Assembly: GCA_937888955.1 (NCBI GenBank)
Contig: CALAQW010000177.1
Span: 1-58,095, forward strand
Length of the DNA: 58,095 nucleotides
Direction of reading: 5' to 3'
DNA from: an uncultured Alphaproteobacteria bacterium
GTDB lineage: Bacteria; Pseudomonadota; Alphaproteobacteria; UBA11222
The notes under the pieces are model-generated. The model did not search any database, was not told where the DNA came from, and saw only the letters and a program-made list of their open reading frames with translations. This document shows positions 28,369 to 39,015 of the stretch, piece by piece. The stretch's first letter is position 1. Each line of letters starts with the position of its first letter. The translations under genes were made by a program, and so were the position numbers.

Positions 28369-29433
28369 ATGGCTGTGCAGAAGACCAATCCGGGCAATTA
28401 TTTCGAGGACTTTTCGGTTGGCCAGTTTCTGCGCCATGCCACCCCGCGCACCGTGAGCGAGGGGGATGCGGCGGTTTATATGGCGCTGTTCGGGCCGCGT
28501 TTTCCGCTGACCTCGTCCGATGAATTCGCCCGCGCCCTGGGCCTGCCGCGCGCGCCCAGCGACGATCTGCTTGCCTTTCATATCGCGTTCGGCAAGACGG
28601 TGCCCGATATCTCACTGAATGCGGTTGCCAATCTGGGCTATGCGGATTGTCGTTTTGTGACCCCGGTCTATCCCGGCGACACGATTACCACGAGTTCCGA
28701 GGTGATCGGGCTGCGGCAATTGTCCAATGGCAAGTCGGGCATCGTCTATGTGCGCTCGACCGCGGTCAATCAACGCCATGAAGTGGTGATCGACTATGTG
28801 CGCTGGGTGATGGTGCGCAAACGCGATGCGGCGGCGCCTGCGCCTGAGACGCAAATTCCCGACCTGCCCGAGGCGGTGGCCCCCGATCAGCTTGTGGTGC
28901 CAGAGGGGTTGCAGCTTTCGGGCTATGACACCGATCTGGCCGGCAGCCCGCATCTGTGGGACGATTACGCGGTGGGTGAAAAGATCGATCATGTGGACGG
29001 CATGACGATCGAGGAAGCCGAGCATATGATGGCGACCCGGCTTTACCAGAACACCGCCAAGGTGCATTTCAACCAGTTCATGCAGAATGACGACAAGGCG
29101 GGCCGGCGGCTGATCTATGGCGGGCATGTGATCAGCCTGGCGCGGGCGCTGAGCTATAACGGGCTTGGCAATGCCTTCAAGATCGCCGCGATCAATGCCG
29201 GACAGCATGTCGCCCCCTGCTATGCCGGGGATACGGTGTTTGCCTGGTCGGAGATCCTCGACAAGGCGGAATTGCCCGGCCGCAGCGATCTTGGCGCCTT
29301 GCGGGTGCGCGGCTTTGCCACCAAGGATCGGCCGGCGGCCGATTTCCCGGGCAAGACCGAAGACGGGCATGCGGCCGGTGTGATCCTTGATCTTGATTAC
29401 TGGGTGCTGATGCCGCGCCGTCAGGGTAGCTGA
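28369..29433 (+). CDS. mch: Mesaconyl-CoA hydratase (double MaoC)
   Basis: KTNPGNYFEDF, SSDEFAR, FGKTVPDISLNAVANLGYA, YVRWVMVRKRD and EHMMATRLYQNTAKVHF are characteristic of Mch. Confidence 0.85.
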   Translation: MAVQKTNPGNYFEDFSVGQFLRHATPRTVSEGDAAVYMALFGPRFPLTSSDEFARALGLPRAPSDDLLAFHIAFGKTVPDISLNAVANLGYADCRFVTPVYPGDTITTSSEVIGLRQLSNGKSGIVYVRSTAVNQRHEVVIDYVRWVMVRKRDAAAPAPETQIPDLPEAVAPDQLVVPEGLQLSGYDTDLAGSPHLWDDYAVGEKIDHVDGMTIEEAEHMMATRLYQNTAKVHFNQFMQNDDKAGRRLIYGGHVISLARALSYNGLGNAFKIAAINAGQHVAPCYAGDTVFAWSEILDKAELPGRSDLGALRVRGFATKDRPAADFPGKTEDGHAAGVILDLDYWVLMPRRQGS

Positions 29434-29510
29434 GCGCCGCGGCCGCGATTTCATGCGCGGCAACATATCGCGGGTTGGGAAAATTCTGCGCGGCAAAGCG
29501 GCAAGGAAGA

Positions 29511-29538
29511 TTGACTTCGCGTAACCGGTGCTTACTAT
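29511..29538 (+). promoter_or_regulatory. sigma70-type promoter upstream of sdhC
   Basis: TTGACT-16 nt-TACTAT. Confidence 0.45.
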
Positions 29539-29644
29539 CGCGCCGAAAATATGGCATATCGTACTGTGTTCGCACGAAAAACCGATTACAATGGTGCGGC
29601 AATTCCGGGAAACCGGAAACACGATACATCGGAGGGGGCCAGCA

Positions 29645-30061
29645 ATGGCGGAAACACAAGACGGCGCGCCGCGTCGCGCGCGGCCCATGGCGCCGCACCT
29701 GCAGATCTATCGCTGGAAGATCACCATGGCGGCGTCGATCACCCACCGGATTACCGGCGTGGGGCTTGGCATCGGCACCTTGCTTTTGACCTGCTGGCTG
29801 CTGGCGCTGGCCGGCGGTCCGCAAGCCTATGACGGCATACAGGGATTTCTCGGCAGCTGGTTCGGCCGGCTGCTGATGTTCGGTTTCACCTGGGCGCTGA
29901 TGTATCATATGTGCAATGGCATCCGGCATCTTGTCTGGGATACCGGTCGCGGTTTCGAACCGGCGACCGCGGATAAAAGCGCGATGGCGGTGATCGGCGG
30001 CTCGGTGCTGCTGACGATTATTGCCTGGGTGCTTGCCTATGCGATGGGAGGGAATGGCTGA
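29645..30061 (+). CDS. sdhC: Succinate dehydrogenase cytochrome b556 subunit
   Basis: RPMAPHLQIYR, SITHRITG and HMCNGIRHLVWD; RBS GGAGGG. Confidence 0.96.
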   Translation: MAETQDGAPRRARPMAPHLQIYRWKITMAASITHRITGVGLGIGTLLLTCWLLALAGGPQAYDGIQGFLGSWFGRLLMFGFTWALMYHMCNGIRHLVWDTGRGFEPATADKSAMAVIGGSVLLTIIAWVLAYAMGGNG

Positions 30062-30471
30062 TGGCGTTCAAAACTCCAATGGGCCGGGTGCGCGGCCGTG
30101 GCGCGGCACGTACCGGGACGCAGACTTTCTGGCATCAGCGGCTGACCGCGCTGGCGCTTGTGCCGCTGACACTGTTCTTTGTCGCGGCGATGATCGCGCT
30201 GACCGGCAAGAGCTATGCCGAGGCGGCGAGTTTTGTCGGCTCACCGCTTGTTGCGGTTTTGCTGCTCGCCTTCCTCGTGATCGGCTTTTACCATCTCAAA
30301 CTCGGTCTGACCCATGTGGTCGAGGATTATGTGCATGGCGAACTGGCGAAGATCGGGCTCATTGTGCTCATCAATCTCGGTACGCTGCTGCTCGGGCTGG
30401 CCTGCGTCTATTCGGTGTTGAGACTCGGCTTCGGGCCGGCTGTTTCGATCGATATCACGACACCGCTTTAG
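30061..30471 (+). CDS. sdhD: Succinate dehydrogenase hydrophobic anchor
   Basis: FWHQRLTA and HLKLGL..VVEDYVH motifs. Confidence 0.95.
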   Translation: MAFKTPMGRVRGRGAARTGTQTFWHQRLTALALVPLTLFFVAAMIALTGKSYAEAASFVGSPLVAVLLLAFLVIGFYHLKLGLTHVVEDYVHGELAKIGLIVLINLGTLLLGLACVYSVLRLGFGPAVSIDITTPL

Positions 30472-30517
30472 GCCCGCTTTAGGCTCCGTTTTCAAGGATG
30501 AAGGACGCGCAACGCTC

Positions 30518-32308
30518 ATGACTGCCTATCCCATTACTGATCATAGCTATGACGTGGTCGTCGTCGGCGCCGGTGGCTCGGGCCTCCGTGCGACGCTCGG
30601 CTGCGCGCAGGCGGGGCTTCGCACCGTCAATATCACCAAGGTGTTCCCGACCCGCAGCCACACGGTCGCGGCGCAGGGCGGCATTTCCGCCTCGCTCGGC
30701 AATATGATGGAAGATGACTGGCGCTGGCATATGTTCGATACCGTCAAGGGGTCGGACTGGCTCGGTGATCAGGATGCCATCGAATATCTGTGCCGCGAGG
30801 CGCCGACCGCGGTTTACGAGCTGGAACATTTCGGGGTGCCCTTCTCGCGCACCGAGGAAGGCAAGATCTATCAGCGTGCCTTTGGCGGCATGACGACCGA
30901 ATATGGTGAAGGCCCGGCCGCGCTGCGCACCTGCGCGGCGGCGGACCGGACCGGCCATGCGATGCTGCACACCCTTTACGGGCAAAGCGTGCGTCACAAT
31001 GCGGAATTCATGATCGAATATTTCGTCATCGACCTGATCATGGATGAAGAGGGGGCCTGCCGCGGTGTCGTGGCGATCAACATGGATGACGGCACCATTC
31101 ACCGGATCCGCGCCAAGCTGACGATTCTCGCGACCGGCGGTTACGGGCGCACTTATTTCTCCTGCACCTCTGCGCATACCTGCACCGGCGACGGCAATGG
31201 CATGGTGCTGCGGGCGGGACTGCCGCTGCAGGATATGGAATTCATCCAGTTCCATCCGACCGGCATTTACGGCGCCGGCTGTCTGATCACCGAAGGCGCG
31301 CGCGGCGAGGGTGGCTATGTCACCAATTCCGAGGGCGAGCGTTTCATGGAACGCTATGCGCCGAGCGCCAAGGATCTGGCGAGCCGCGATGTGGTCAGCC
31401 GTTCAATGACGATCGAGATCCGCGAAGGCCGCGGCGTCGGCCCGAACAAGGATCATATCTATCTGCATCTTGATCATCTCGATCCCGCGATCCTGGCGGA
31501 ACGTCTGCCCGGCATTTCCGAATCGGCGCGGATTTTCGCCGGCGTTGATGTGACCAAGGAGCCGATTCCGGTCCTGCCGACGGTGCATTACAATATGGGC
31601 GGCATCCAGACCAACTTCCATGGCGAGGTGGTGACCCTGAAAGACGGCAATCCCGATCAGGTGGTGCCCGGTCTGATGGCGGTGGGCGAGGCGGCCTGCG
31701 TGTCGGTGCACGGGGCGAACCGGCTTGGTTCGAACTCGCTGATCGATCTGGTCGTGTTCGGCCGCGCGGCCGGTCTGCGCGCGGCGCAGATCGTCGATCC
31801 GGAGGAAAAGCAGCGCGATCTGCCGGCCGATGCCGGGGAGATGGCGCTGTCGCGGCTTGATGCGGCGCGGCATGCCAATGGCAGCACCTCGACCGCGGAA
31901 CTGCGGCTCAAGATGCAGCGCATCATGCAGAATAACTGCGCCGTGTTCCGCACCGGCGAGGTGCTTGAGGAAGGCGTCAAGCTGATCAAGGAAGTCTATG
32001 ACGCGCGCAACGATCTGAAGACCTTCGACCGGTCGCTGATCTGGAATTCCGATCTGATCGAGACGCTCGAATTCGACAATCTGATCCGGCAGGCGATGGT
32101 GGCCATGTACAGCGCGGAAAACCGCAAGGAAAGCCGCGGCGCCCATGCGCGCGAAGATTATCCCGACCGTGACGACGAGAACTGGATGAAGCATACGCTC
32201 GCCTGGCTCGACGAGGACGGGACGGTGCGGATGGACTATCGTCCGGTGCACAGCTACACCCTGTCAAACGACATCGAATATATCAAACCCAAGGCGCGCG
32301 TGTACTGA
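30518..32308 (+). CDS. sdhA: Succinate dehydrogenase flavoprotein
   Basis: [22 protein letters not shown] and [11 protein letters not shown] motifs. Confidence 0.99.
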   Translation: MTAYPITDHSYDVVVVGAGGSGLRATLGCAQAGLRTVNITKVFPTRSHTVAAQGGISASLGNMMEDDWRWHMFDTVKGSDWLGDQDAIEYLCREAPTAVYELEHFGVPFSRTEEGKIYQRAFGGMTTEYGEGPAALRTCAAADRTGHAMLHTLYGQSVRHNAEFMIEYFVIDLIMDEEGACRGVVAINMDDGTIHRIRAKLTILATGGYGRTYFSCTSAHTCTGDGNGMVLRAGLPLQDMEFIQFHPTGIYGAGCLITEGARGEGGYVTNSEGERFMERYAPSAKDLASRDVVSRSMTIEIREGRGVGPNKDHIYLHLDHLDPAILAERLPGISESARIFAGVDVTKEPIPVLPTVHYNMGGIQTNFHGEVVTLKDGNPDQVVPGLMAVGEAACVSVHGANRLGSNSLIDLVVFGRAAGLRAAQIVDPEEKQRDLPADAGEMALSRLDAARHANGSTSTAELRLKMQRIMQNNCAVFRTGEVLEEGVKLIKEVYDARNDLKTFDRSLIWNSDLIETLEFDNLIRQAMVAMYSAENRKESRGAHAREDYPDRDDENWMKHTLAWLDEDGTVRMDYRPVHSYTLSNDIEYIKPKARVY

Positions 32309-32364
32309 TCCACACGTTCGCCGGTCAATAGCTTAAGGCGCAAGCCAAAGAGGGGGATCGGTCC

Positions 32365-33144
32365 ATGGTTGAGTTCGCTCTGCCGAAAAATTCCAAGATC
32401 CAGAAGGGCAAGACCCACAAGGCGCCCGAAGGAGCCGGTAATATCCGCAAGTTCCAGGTTTATCGCTGGAGCCCGGATGACGGCGATAACCCGCGTGTCG
32501 ACACCTATGAGGTGGATATGGACAGTTGCGGGCCGATGGTGCTTGACGCGCTGATCAAGATCAAGAACGAGATGGATCCCACCCTGACCTTCCGGCGCTC
32601 CTGCCGCGAGGGGGTGTGCGGCTCCTGCGCGATGAATATCGACGGCATGAACACCCTTGCCTGCACCAAGGGCATGGATGAGATCGACGGCGATGTGAAG
32701 GTCTATCCCCTGCCGCATACCGATGTGGTCAAGGATCTGGTGCCCGACCTCAGCACCTTCTATGCGCAATATGCCTCGATCAAACCCTATCTGCAGACGG
32801 TCAGCCCGGAGCCGCAGAAGGAATGGCTGCAAAGCTATGAGGATCGGCAGAAGCTTGACGGGCTTTACGAATGCATCCTGTGCGCCTGCTGCTCGACCAG
32901 CTGCCCGAGCTATTGGTGGAATGGCGATCGCTACCTTGGCCCGGCGGCGCTGCTGCAGGCCTATCGCTGGCTGATCGACAGCCGCGATGAGGCGACCGGT
33001 GAACGGCTCGACGATCTGGAGGATCCGTTCCGCCTGTATCGCTGCATCACCATCATGAACTGCGCGCAGACCTGTCCCAAGGGGCTCAACCCCGCGCGCG
33101 CCATCGCCGAAATCAAGAAGATGATGGTCGAACGGCAGGTCTGA
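32365..33144 (+). CDS. sdhB: Succinate dehydrogenase iron-sulfur subunit
   Basis: [22 protein letters not shown] and [12 protein letters not shown] clusters. Confidence 0.99.
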   Translation: MVEFALPKNSKIQKGKTHKAPEGAGNIRKFQVYRWSPDDGDNPRVDTYEVDMDSCGPMVLDALIKIKNEMDPTLTFRRSCREGVCGSCAMNIDGMNTLACTKGMDEIDGDVKVYPLPHTDVVKDLVPDLSTFYAQYASIKPYLQTVSPEPQKEWLQSYEDRQKLDGLYECILCACCSTSCPSYWWNGDRYLGPAALLQAYRWLIDSRDEATGERLDDLEDPFRLYRCITIMNCAQTCPKGLNPARAIAEIKKMMVERQV

Positions 33145-33201
33145 TCCCGTTCGCCGCAGTACGTTCGCCGCTGTAAGTTGGCAGCGGCAAATTCATTGAT
33201 G

Positions 33202-33243
33202 ACGGCCCGCCCGGCGAAACCTGCCGCGCGGGCCGTTTCATTT
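33202..33243 (+). terminator. Intrinsic terminator after sdhB
   Basis: ACGGCCCGC ... GCGGGCCGT GC-rich stem followed by TTCATTT. Confidence 0.6.
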
Positions 33244-33256
33244 ACTGTGTGCTGTA

Positions 33257-34102
33257 TTATCTGGCGTGGCCTGCCGCCGCCGCGCCATCCCCATGCCCAT
33301 CCTTCGACAGGTCGACATCCATCATTTCGAGATTGCGCTGCGCGGCCGTTGCGGCGGGCCCTTCCTCGGTCATCGTCAGCAGCTTGAGCCAGTCGCGGGG
33401 GGGCGCATCGTCGCGTCCGGCCCGCCGGTGCAGGATACCGCGTTCAAGCAGCGCTTCGGCGCGTTCGGGGTCAAGCGCCAGGGCGGTGTCGATATCCTCC
33501 AGCGCGGCATCGAATTGTTCAAGGAAACGCCGCGCGGTGGCGCGGAAGATATAGCCCGCCACCCGCTCCGGCGCGAGGCTCAGGCTTGCGCTCAGATCGG
33601 CTTCGGCGGCAGCCCATTGTTCCTGTGCGGCCAGCGCGCGGGCCCGATCGATCAACAGATCGGCGCGCGCCGGCGCTGTCTCAGGCAGCAGGGCGAGCGC
33701 CCCGCTCAGGGCGGAATAGGCCCGGTCCGGCCGGTCGGCGAGCAGCCATGCATTGCCCGCCTGGCCCAGCATGTCGGGCCGCATGGCCTGCGCGGCCGCG
33801 CGCGTCGCGCTTTGATCGGCCAGTTCCTCAAGCCGTTCGGCGGCAGCCGCATATTCCTCGAGCGCGATCAGCGCCAGCGCCGCGCAATGGCGCGCCGGAA
33901 TACCGCCGCCCTGATCGCGCCAGATCAGCGCCTCGTCAAATGCCTGATTCGGGTTGAGCGTGATTTCCGACAGGCAGCGCTGATAGGCGGCTTCCTCCCC
34001 GACCTGCGCGGCTGCAAGCGGCGCGGTCTGCGCCATGCCGGCAATCAGCATCATGACGGTTGCAACAGGGCGTGCGCGCCCGACTTGTCGGCGGAACTTC
34101 AT
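33257..34102 (-). CDS. Tetratricopeptide repeat protein, probably exported
   Basis: N-terminal signal-like segment, Cys pair (YQRCL, ARHCAA) and TPR units LIDRARAL, IFRATARR, ALLERG. Start is 34102 or slightly downstream. Confidence 0.8.
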   Translation of the reverse strand: MKFRRQVGRARPVATVMMLIAGMAQTAPLAAAQVGEEAAYQRCLSEITLNPNQAFDEALIWRDQGGGIPARHCAALALIALEEYAAAAERLEELADQSATRAAAQAMRPDMLGQAGNAWLLADRPDRAYSALSGALALLPETAPARADLLIDRARALAAQEQWAAAEADLSASLSLAPERVAGYIFRATARRFLEQFDAALEDIDTALALDPERAEALLERGILHRRAGRDDAPPRDWLKLLTMTEEGPAATAAQRNLEMMDVDLSKDGHGDGAAAAGHAR

Positions 34103-34122
34103 GCGCGGTAAGGTCTGCGCAA

Positions 34123-35034
34123 ATGAGTGATTCCGCAACCCCTCTTTCCACCCCGCCCGGTCATCTGCTGTGCTTTGGTCTTGGGTTTTCGGCACGCGCG
34201 ACCGTGCGTCTTTTGCGCGCGCGCGGCTGGCGGATTTCGGCAACCTGCCGCGATCCGGCGCGGGCCCGCGAACTCAGCGCGCGCGGCATCGCAAGCTTTC
34301 AGTTCAATGACGGGGGAAGTTTGCCCGATGCCGCATGGCAGGGGGTGACGCATCTTCTGATTTCCGTCCCGCCGGGGGAGGCGGGCGACCCGGTGCTTGG
34401 CGCGTTGCGCGACACGCTGATTGCCCGGCGGGCGCAATTCCAATGGATCGGCTATCTGTCGACGACCGGCGTCTATGGTGACCGGCAGGGCGGTTGGGTC
34501 GATGAGACGACGCCCCCCGATCCGGCCCCCGGGCGCAGTGCGCGCCGCGCGGCGGCAGAACGGGACTGGTGCGATCTGTACCGCGATCACGGCTTGCCGG
34601 TGCATATGTTCCGGCTGGCGGGGATCTATGGCCCCGGTCGCAACGCCCTTTTGACCGCAAAAGCAGGGCAGGCGCGCCGGATCGACAAGGCAGGGCAGGT
34701 ATTCTGCCGCATTCATGTGGACGATATCGCGCAAACGCTCGCCGCCTCCATCGCCCGGCCCGATCCGGGTGCGGTCTATAATGTTTGCGACGATGAACCG
34801 GCCCCCAATCACCAGATTGTCGCCCTTGCCTGTGAGCTGGCGGGGGTGCCGGTGCCGCCGCTTATCCCGTTTGAGGCGGCGGATCTGAGCCCCATGGCCA
34901 AAAGTTTCTACAATGATTGCCGCAGGGTCCGGAATGACCGCATCAAGGCGGATCTCGGCGTTAGACTTGATTATCCCACCTATCGGGAGGGGCTTGCCGC
35001 GCTTTGCGATAATCCCGAGGAAGTGCCGCTTTAG
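34123..35034 (+). CDS. NAD-dependent epimerase / atypical SDR
   Basis: FGLGFSA, YLSTTGVYGD, RLAGIYGPGR, RIHVDDIA and YPTYREGL motifs. Confidence 0.9.
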   Translation: MSDSATPLSTPPGHLLCFGLGFSARATVRLLRARGWRISATCRDPARARELSARGIASFQFNDGGSLPDAAWQGVTHLLISVPPGEAGDPVLGALRDTLIARRAQFQWIGYLSTTGVYGDRQGGWVDETTPPDPAPGRSARRAAAERDWCDLYRDHGLPVHMFRLAGIYGPGRNALLTAKAGQARRIDKAGQVFCRIHVDDIAQTLAASIARPDPGAVYNVCDDEPAPNHQIVALACELAGVPVPPLIPFEAADLSPMAKSFYNDCRRVRNDRIKADLGVRLDYPTYREGLAALCDNPEEVPL

Positions 35035-35387
35035 TCTGTTTTGGCCTGCGTTGGGTCGCGCCGTCGGCCAGACAGATGCAGGATCACGGCAAGCAGGGCG
35101 AAAAAGCCCGCCTTGCCCAGCGCCACCACCCAGATGGGCGCCAGCAATATGGGTAGCATCACAGCCGACCAGAGGGCCGGGCTTATATACCGTTCGGTGA
35201 TCGCTTGCGTGAGATTAAGGCTTGGGGCATGGGCCTTGTGCCATAATTCACCTGCTGTCGTGGCGTGGTAGGCCGCACCCTGCGGCCCTGCCTGCCAGTC
35301 AGCAAGCAGCGTAACGACCATCGCGGCGATAAATATCACCGCCACCGCTCCGCAAATTTTGGTTCCGGTTCGCATCACCGATCGCAT
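35031..35387 (-). CDS. Hypothetical membrane protein
   Basis: 118 aa with hydrophobic helices and GELW..AH..SLNLTQAITERY; same strand as and downstream of the MFS gene. Confidence 0.65.
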   Translation of the reverse strand: MRSVMRTGTKICGAVAVIFIAAMVVTLLADWQAGPQGAAYHATTAGELWHKAHAPSLNLTQAITERYISPALWSAVMLPILLAPIWVVALGKAGFFALLAVILHLSGRRRDPTQAKTD

Positions 35388-35419
35388 ATGGGGGGCCGGC
35401 GCAGAATGAAAAGGGGCGG

Positions 35420-36799
35420 CTAATCCGCAGTCCCTTCACTTAGCGCCGCCTGCCGCCTTTGTTCAAGGATCATGCGCGTCTGTGCTTGAGAGGCCGCGTC
35501 AATGGGGAAATTCCAGATCGCGGCGATCAGCACGATTTCGCAGATGATGGGAAAGCCGATAAAGATCGCGGTGAAGGCGTTTAACGTCTCCTTGCTGTTC
35601 ATGCCCGTGGCTTCAAAGCCGATCCATTCGATCAGCGGATAGGTGATCCCCACCGCCAGCGCATGGCCGATCTTGTTGGTCAGGGTCAGCAGCGAATAGT
35701 AAAGCCCGGTCCGCTGCACACCCGATTGCGCCTCGTCATGATCGGCGACATCGGCGATGATCGAGCGCAGCAGGAAAGGGGCCGCCGCATAGGTCGACCC
35801 GAACAGGGCGAACAGGATCGCGGCGGCAAGCATATTGCCGGTCGGTGCGAACAGAATCATGATCGCAAAAACCATGCGGCACATGGTGGCGATGGCGAGC
35901 GCGCGATGTTTGCCGACCCGGTAACTGATCTTGATCCAGATCGGTGCGGCCACGCAGCCGGTGATGAAGTACAGCAGCAGCAATGCGCTGGCCAGATGGC
36001 CAAGACCGATCACATGGCTGACAAAGAAAATGAACAGCGATCCGGTCGCCCCTGTCGCAAGCCCGGCCAGTAGATCGGCGGAAACAAGCTTTTGCAGCGG
36101 TTTGTTCGTGACGATGATTCGTAAAGTCTGGCCCAGGGGGATCTTTGTTGCCGGGCGTTTGGGCTGCGGCCTTTCGGACACGCAGCTCACCGCGATCAGC
36201 ACGGCTGGCGGCATTGCCAGGATGATAAACCAACCCATTGCCGCAACCCGGCTCATACCCGCTTCGCCATCAGCGGCCACCCGGTCGATCAGCGCGGGCA
36301 GGGCGAGGGCCGCGACCATGCCCGCCACCACCGCCACTTCGCGCCAGCCCTGAATGCGGGAGCGTTCGTGGTAATCGGGATGCAGCTCCGCCCCCCAGGA
36401 CAGATGCGAAATGGTGATCAGCGTATAGCCGATGTAAAGCAGCAGCATCCAGAACAGCAGATAGCCGCCTGAAATCGGACTGCCGAGAAAAGTTTCGGGC
36501 GGCATGAACACCATATAGACGCAGGCGATCAGGATCGGCACCGCCAGCACGATCCAGTGCCGCCGCCGTCCCCAGCGCGAGGGAAACCGGTCCGACAGCA
36601 CCCCCATCAGCGGGTCGGTGATCACGTCCCAGAAGCGCGCGATCATGAAGATCGTCCCCACAAGCCCGAGCCCCAGCCCCATATCCTGGGCGTAGAAGGG
36701 CGGCAGATAGACGACAATCGGCAGCCCCAGCGCGGCGATCGGTGCGCCGGGGAGGACATAGGCAAGAAGGCTCGATTTTTTCAGGGGCGCGTCAGACAT
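35420..36799 (-). CDS. MFS transporter, GPH (MelB-like) family
   Basis: About 12 TM helices, RFWDVITDPLMGVLSDR..SRWGRRR, ELHPDYHERSR and IIADVAD motifs. Confidence 0.88.
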   Translation of the reverse strand: MSDAPLKKSSLLAYVLPGAPIAALGLPIVVYLPPFYAQDMGLGLGLVGTIFMIARFWDVITDPLMGVLSDRFPSRWGRRRHWIVLAVPILIACVYMVFMPPETFLGSPISGGYLLFWMLLLYIGYTLITISHLSWGAELHPDYHERSRIQGWREVAVVAGMVAALALPALIDRVAADGEAGMSRVAAMGWFIILAMPPAVLIAVSCVSERPQPKRPATKIPLGQTLRIIVTNKPLQKLVSADLLAGLATGATGSLFIFFVSHVIGLGHLASALLLLYFITGCVAAPIWIKISYRVGKHRALAIATMCRMVFAIMILFAPTGNMLAAAILFALFGSTYAAAPFLLRSIIADVADHDEAQSGVQRTGLYYSLLTLTNKIGHALAVGITYPLIEWIGFEATGMNSKETLNAFTAIFIGFPIICEIVLIAAIWNFPIDAASQAQTRMILEQRRQAALSEGTAD

Positions 36800-37078
36800 G
36801 GGCTTTTTGCTTTCGGAACGGTTTGCCGGTCACTTTTTCTTCCCCCTCCCCCAACAGAGGGTATGGATATGGGCGATTCGAATAATCCGCCCACAGCTTT
36901 TCGATAGCATGACAAATTGTCAATTGAGATTGATGCCGAATGGGCGGAAAATCGGATAGAAACCGCGCGCCAGGCGCATCTTCACATGAAATGACCTCAC
37001 ATAGAAGTGATCTCACCTGTGTCCGAAAGACCGGCACACTGCCGCCGGAAATCAAGCAAAGAAATGGAGGGCGCGGGA

Positions 37079-37363
37079 ATGGGATCAACAAGATGGTGGT
37101 CGCAAATCGTCTTGGCCGTGGCGGGGCTTGGGGTGCTTGCGGGGTGCGGCAGTGCAAATTATCACGGGGCGCAGATGCTTGTTGATTGCAGCGCGCGCGC
37201 CGGTGACGGACGGCTGACCTATGATGCGGCGGACAGCGACAACACGCTGACCGGATCGGAATGGCATCTGTACAATCTGCGCACCCGCCAGAAAGAGACG
37301 ATCAATCCCGATGACTGGCAATGCGGGGAACCGGCCGCTGTCAAGCGCAGTTCGGTTTACTGA
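37079..37363 (+). CDS. Hypothetical lipoprotein (94 aa)
   Basis: GGAGG RBS at 37066-37070; signal peptide with lipobox LAG-C; two further Cys residues. Confidence 0.7.
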   Translation: MGSTRWWSQIVLAVAGLGVLAGCGSANYHGAQMLVDCSARAGDGRLTYDAADSDNTLTGSEWHLYNLRTRQKETINPDDWQCGEPAAVKRSSVY

Positions 37364-37437
37364 TAGTCTCGGGACGGGCGGGTCTGCCGTTATCAGGCCG
37401 TTTTCGGGACAGATCCGCGCAAGCCTGTGCGAAACAA

Positions 37438-37466
37438 TTGCACCCGGGCGCGCATTCAACAATAAT
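37438..37466 (+). promoter_or_regulatory. Candidate sigma70 promoter of the F420 cluster
   Basis: TTGCAC-17 nt-AATAAT, 65 bp upstream of npdG. Confidence 0.45.
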
Positions 37467-37531
37467 CGCGCAAAAAGCAAGGCGGTCCGCCCGCGCGGCG
37501 CCGCGACACCCCAGAAGCGCGAGTATCTGTT

Positions 37532-38218
37532 ATGTCCGACAATCGACCTGTTATCGCAATCCTTGGCGGCACCGGGGATCTGGGGGGCGGTCTGGCCTAT
37601 CGCTGGGCGCGGGCAGGTTATCCGGTGATCATCGGGTCGCGTACCGCGGACAAGGCGGAAGCCGCCGCTGCCGCGCTGACGGTTGCCGAGGGGGCGCCGC
37701 CGGTGCGTGGCATGGATAATGTCGCCGCTGCGACAGCCTGCGAGATTGCGGTGCTGACGGTGCCGTTCGCCAATCAGAAAGCCACCCTCGAAGCGGTGCG
37801 CGCGGCGCTGCGCGACAAAATTCTCGTCGATGTGACGGTCCCGCTCATGCCGCCCAAGGTGGCGCGGGTGCAATTGCCGCCCGAAGGCTCAGCCGGGCTT
37901 GCCGCGCAGGCGATCCTGGGGGACGGGGTTTCGGTCGTTTCCGCCTTCCAGAATGTCGGGGCAAGCCATCTGCGCGAGGATCATCCGGTGGATTGCGATG
38001 TGCTTGTCAGCGGCGACAAGCTGGCCGCGCGCGAACAGGTGATCGCATTGGTCGAAGCGGCTGGCATGCGCGGCTGGCATGCGGGGCCGCTTGCCAACAG
38101 TGTCGCCGCGGAGGCGCTGACCTCGATCCTGATTGGCATCAACAAGCGTTATCAGATCGACGGGGCGGGGATTCGCATCACCGGAACGCCGGGCAATCCG
38201 TCAGGCAAAACCGGTTGA
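37532..38218 (+). CDS. npdG: NADPH-dependent F420 reductase (Fno)
   Basis: [31 protein letters not shown] and AEALTSIL; first gene of the cof cluster. Confidence 0.9.
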   Translation: MSDNRPVIAILGGTGDLGGGLAYRWARAGYPVIIGSRTADKAEAAAAALTVAEGAPPVRGMDNVAAATACEIAVLTVPFANQKATLEAVRAALRDKILVDVTVPLMPPKVARVQLPPEGSAGLAAQAILGDGVSVVSAFQNVGASHLREDHPVDCDVLVSGDKLAAREQVIALVEAAGMRGWHAGPLANSVAAEALTSILIGINKRYQIDGAGIRITGTPGNPSGKTG

Positions 38219-38234
38219 ACCGCCGCAGAACACA

Positions 38235-39008
38235 ATGACCGCTGCTCTTTCCCTGACCGGCCTGCCCGGGATACCGCTGATTGCGCCGGGCGATGATCTT
38301 GCCGCTATTCTGGGCGCAGGCATGGATGCCGCCGGGCTCAGCTTTGCGCCCGGCGATGTGCTGGTCCTGGCGCAGAAGATCGTTTCCAAGGCGGAGGGCC
38401 GCTATGCCGATCTCGCCGCGGTCGTGCCGTCGCCGCGGGCGGTGGCGTTGGCGACGGAGGTGGACAAGGATCCCCGGCTTGTCGAGCTTATTCTGTCCGA
38501 ATCGACCGAGGTTGTGCGCCACCGGCCCGGGGTGCTGATCGTCGCGCACCGGATCGGCGTGGTGATGGCGAATGCCGGTATCGATCATTCCAATATCCCG
38601 CATCCCGAAGGCACCGAGCAGGTGCTGCTGTTGCCCGAAGATCCCGACGCGTCGGCCGAACGGATGCGCCGCGAAATCGCTGCGCGTTTCGGTGCGGAAA
38701 TCGCCGTTGTGATCTGCGACAGTGTGGGCCGCGCCTGGCGTAACGGCACGGTGGGGATCGCGATCGGGGTTGCCGGGCTCGCCTCGCTTATTGACTTGCG
38801 CGGGGAGCGGGATCTGTTCGGGCGGGTGCTCGAAGTGTCCGAGGTGGGCACCGCCGATGCGATCGCCTCGGCCGCGGGGCTGTTGATGGGGGAAGGGGCC
38901 GAAGGTGTGCCCGCCGTGCTGATGCGCGGTTTCGTGCCACCGCGCCCCGGTCCCGCCCGCGATGCCGCTGCACTCGTCCGCGACAAGCGGATCGATATGT
39001 TCCGGTGA
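38235..39008 (+). CDS. cofE: Coenzyme F420-0:L-glutamate ligase (standalone, no nitroreductase domain)
   Basis: [41 protein letters not shown] and GEGAEG motifs. Confidence 0.93.
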   Translation: MTAALSLTGLPGIPLIAPGDDLAAILGAGMDAAGLSFAPGDVLVLAQKIVSKAEGRYADLAAVVPSPRAVALATEVDKDPRLVELILSESTEVVRHRPGVLIVAHRIGVVMANAGIDHSNIPHPEGTEQVLLLPEDPDASAERMRREIAARFGAEIAVVICDSVGRAWRNGTVGIAIGVAGLASLIDLRGERDLFGRVLEVSEVGTADAIASAAGLLMGEGAEGVPAVLMRGFVPPRPGPARDAAALVRDKRIDMFR

Positions 39009-39015
39009 GCGCGCG

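Noticed and set aside
28084-28397. Overlapping extended starts of the SDR and mch ORFs
   Set aside because: Artefacts of the longest-ORF rule. RBS-supported starts at 28121 and 28369 leave a normal divergent intergenic region.
29457-29471. GCGGC-N5-ATCGC resembling a RegA/RegR box upstream of sdhC
   Set aside because: A GC-rich motif with a mismatch is too likely by chance in this genome.
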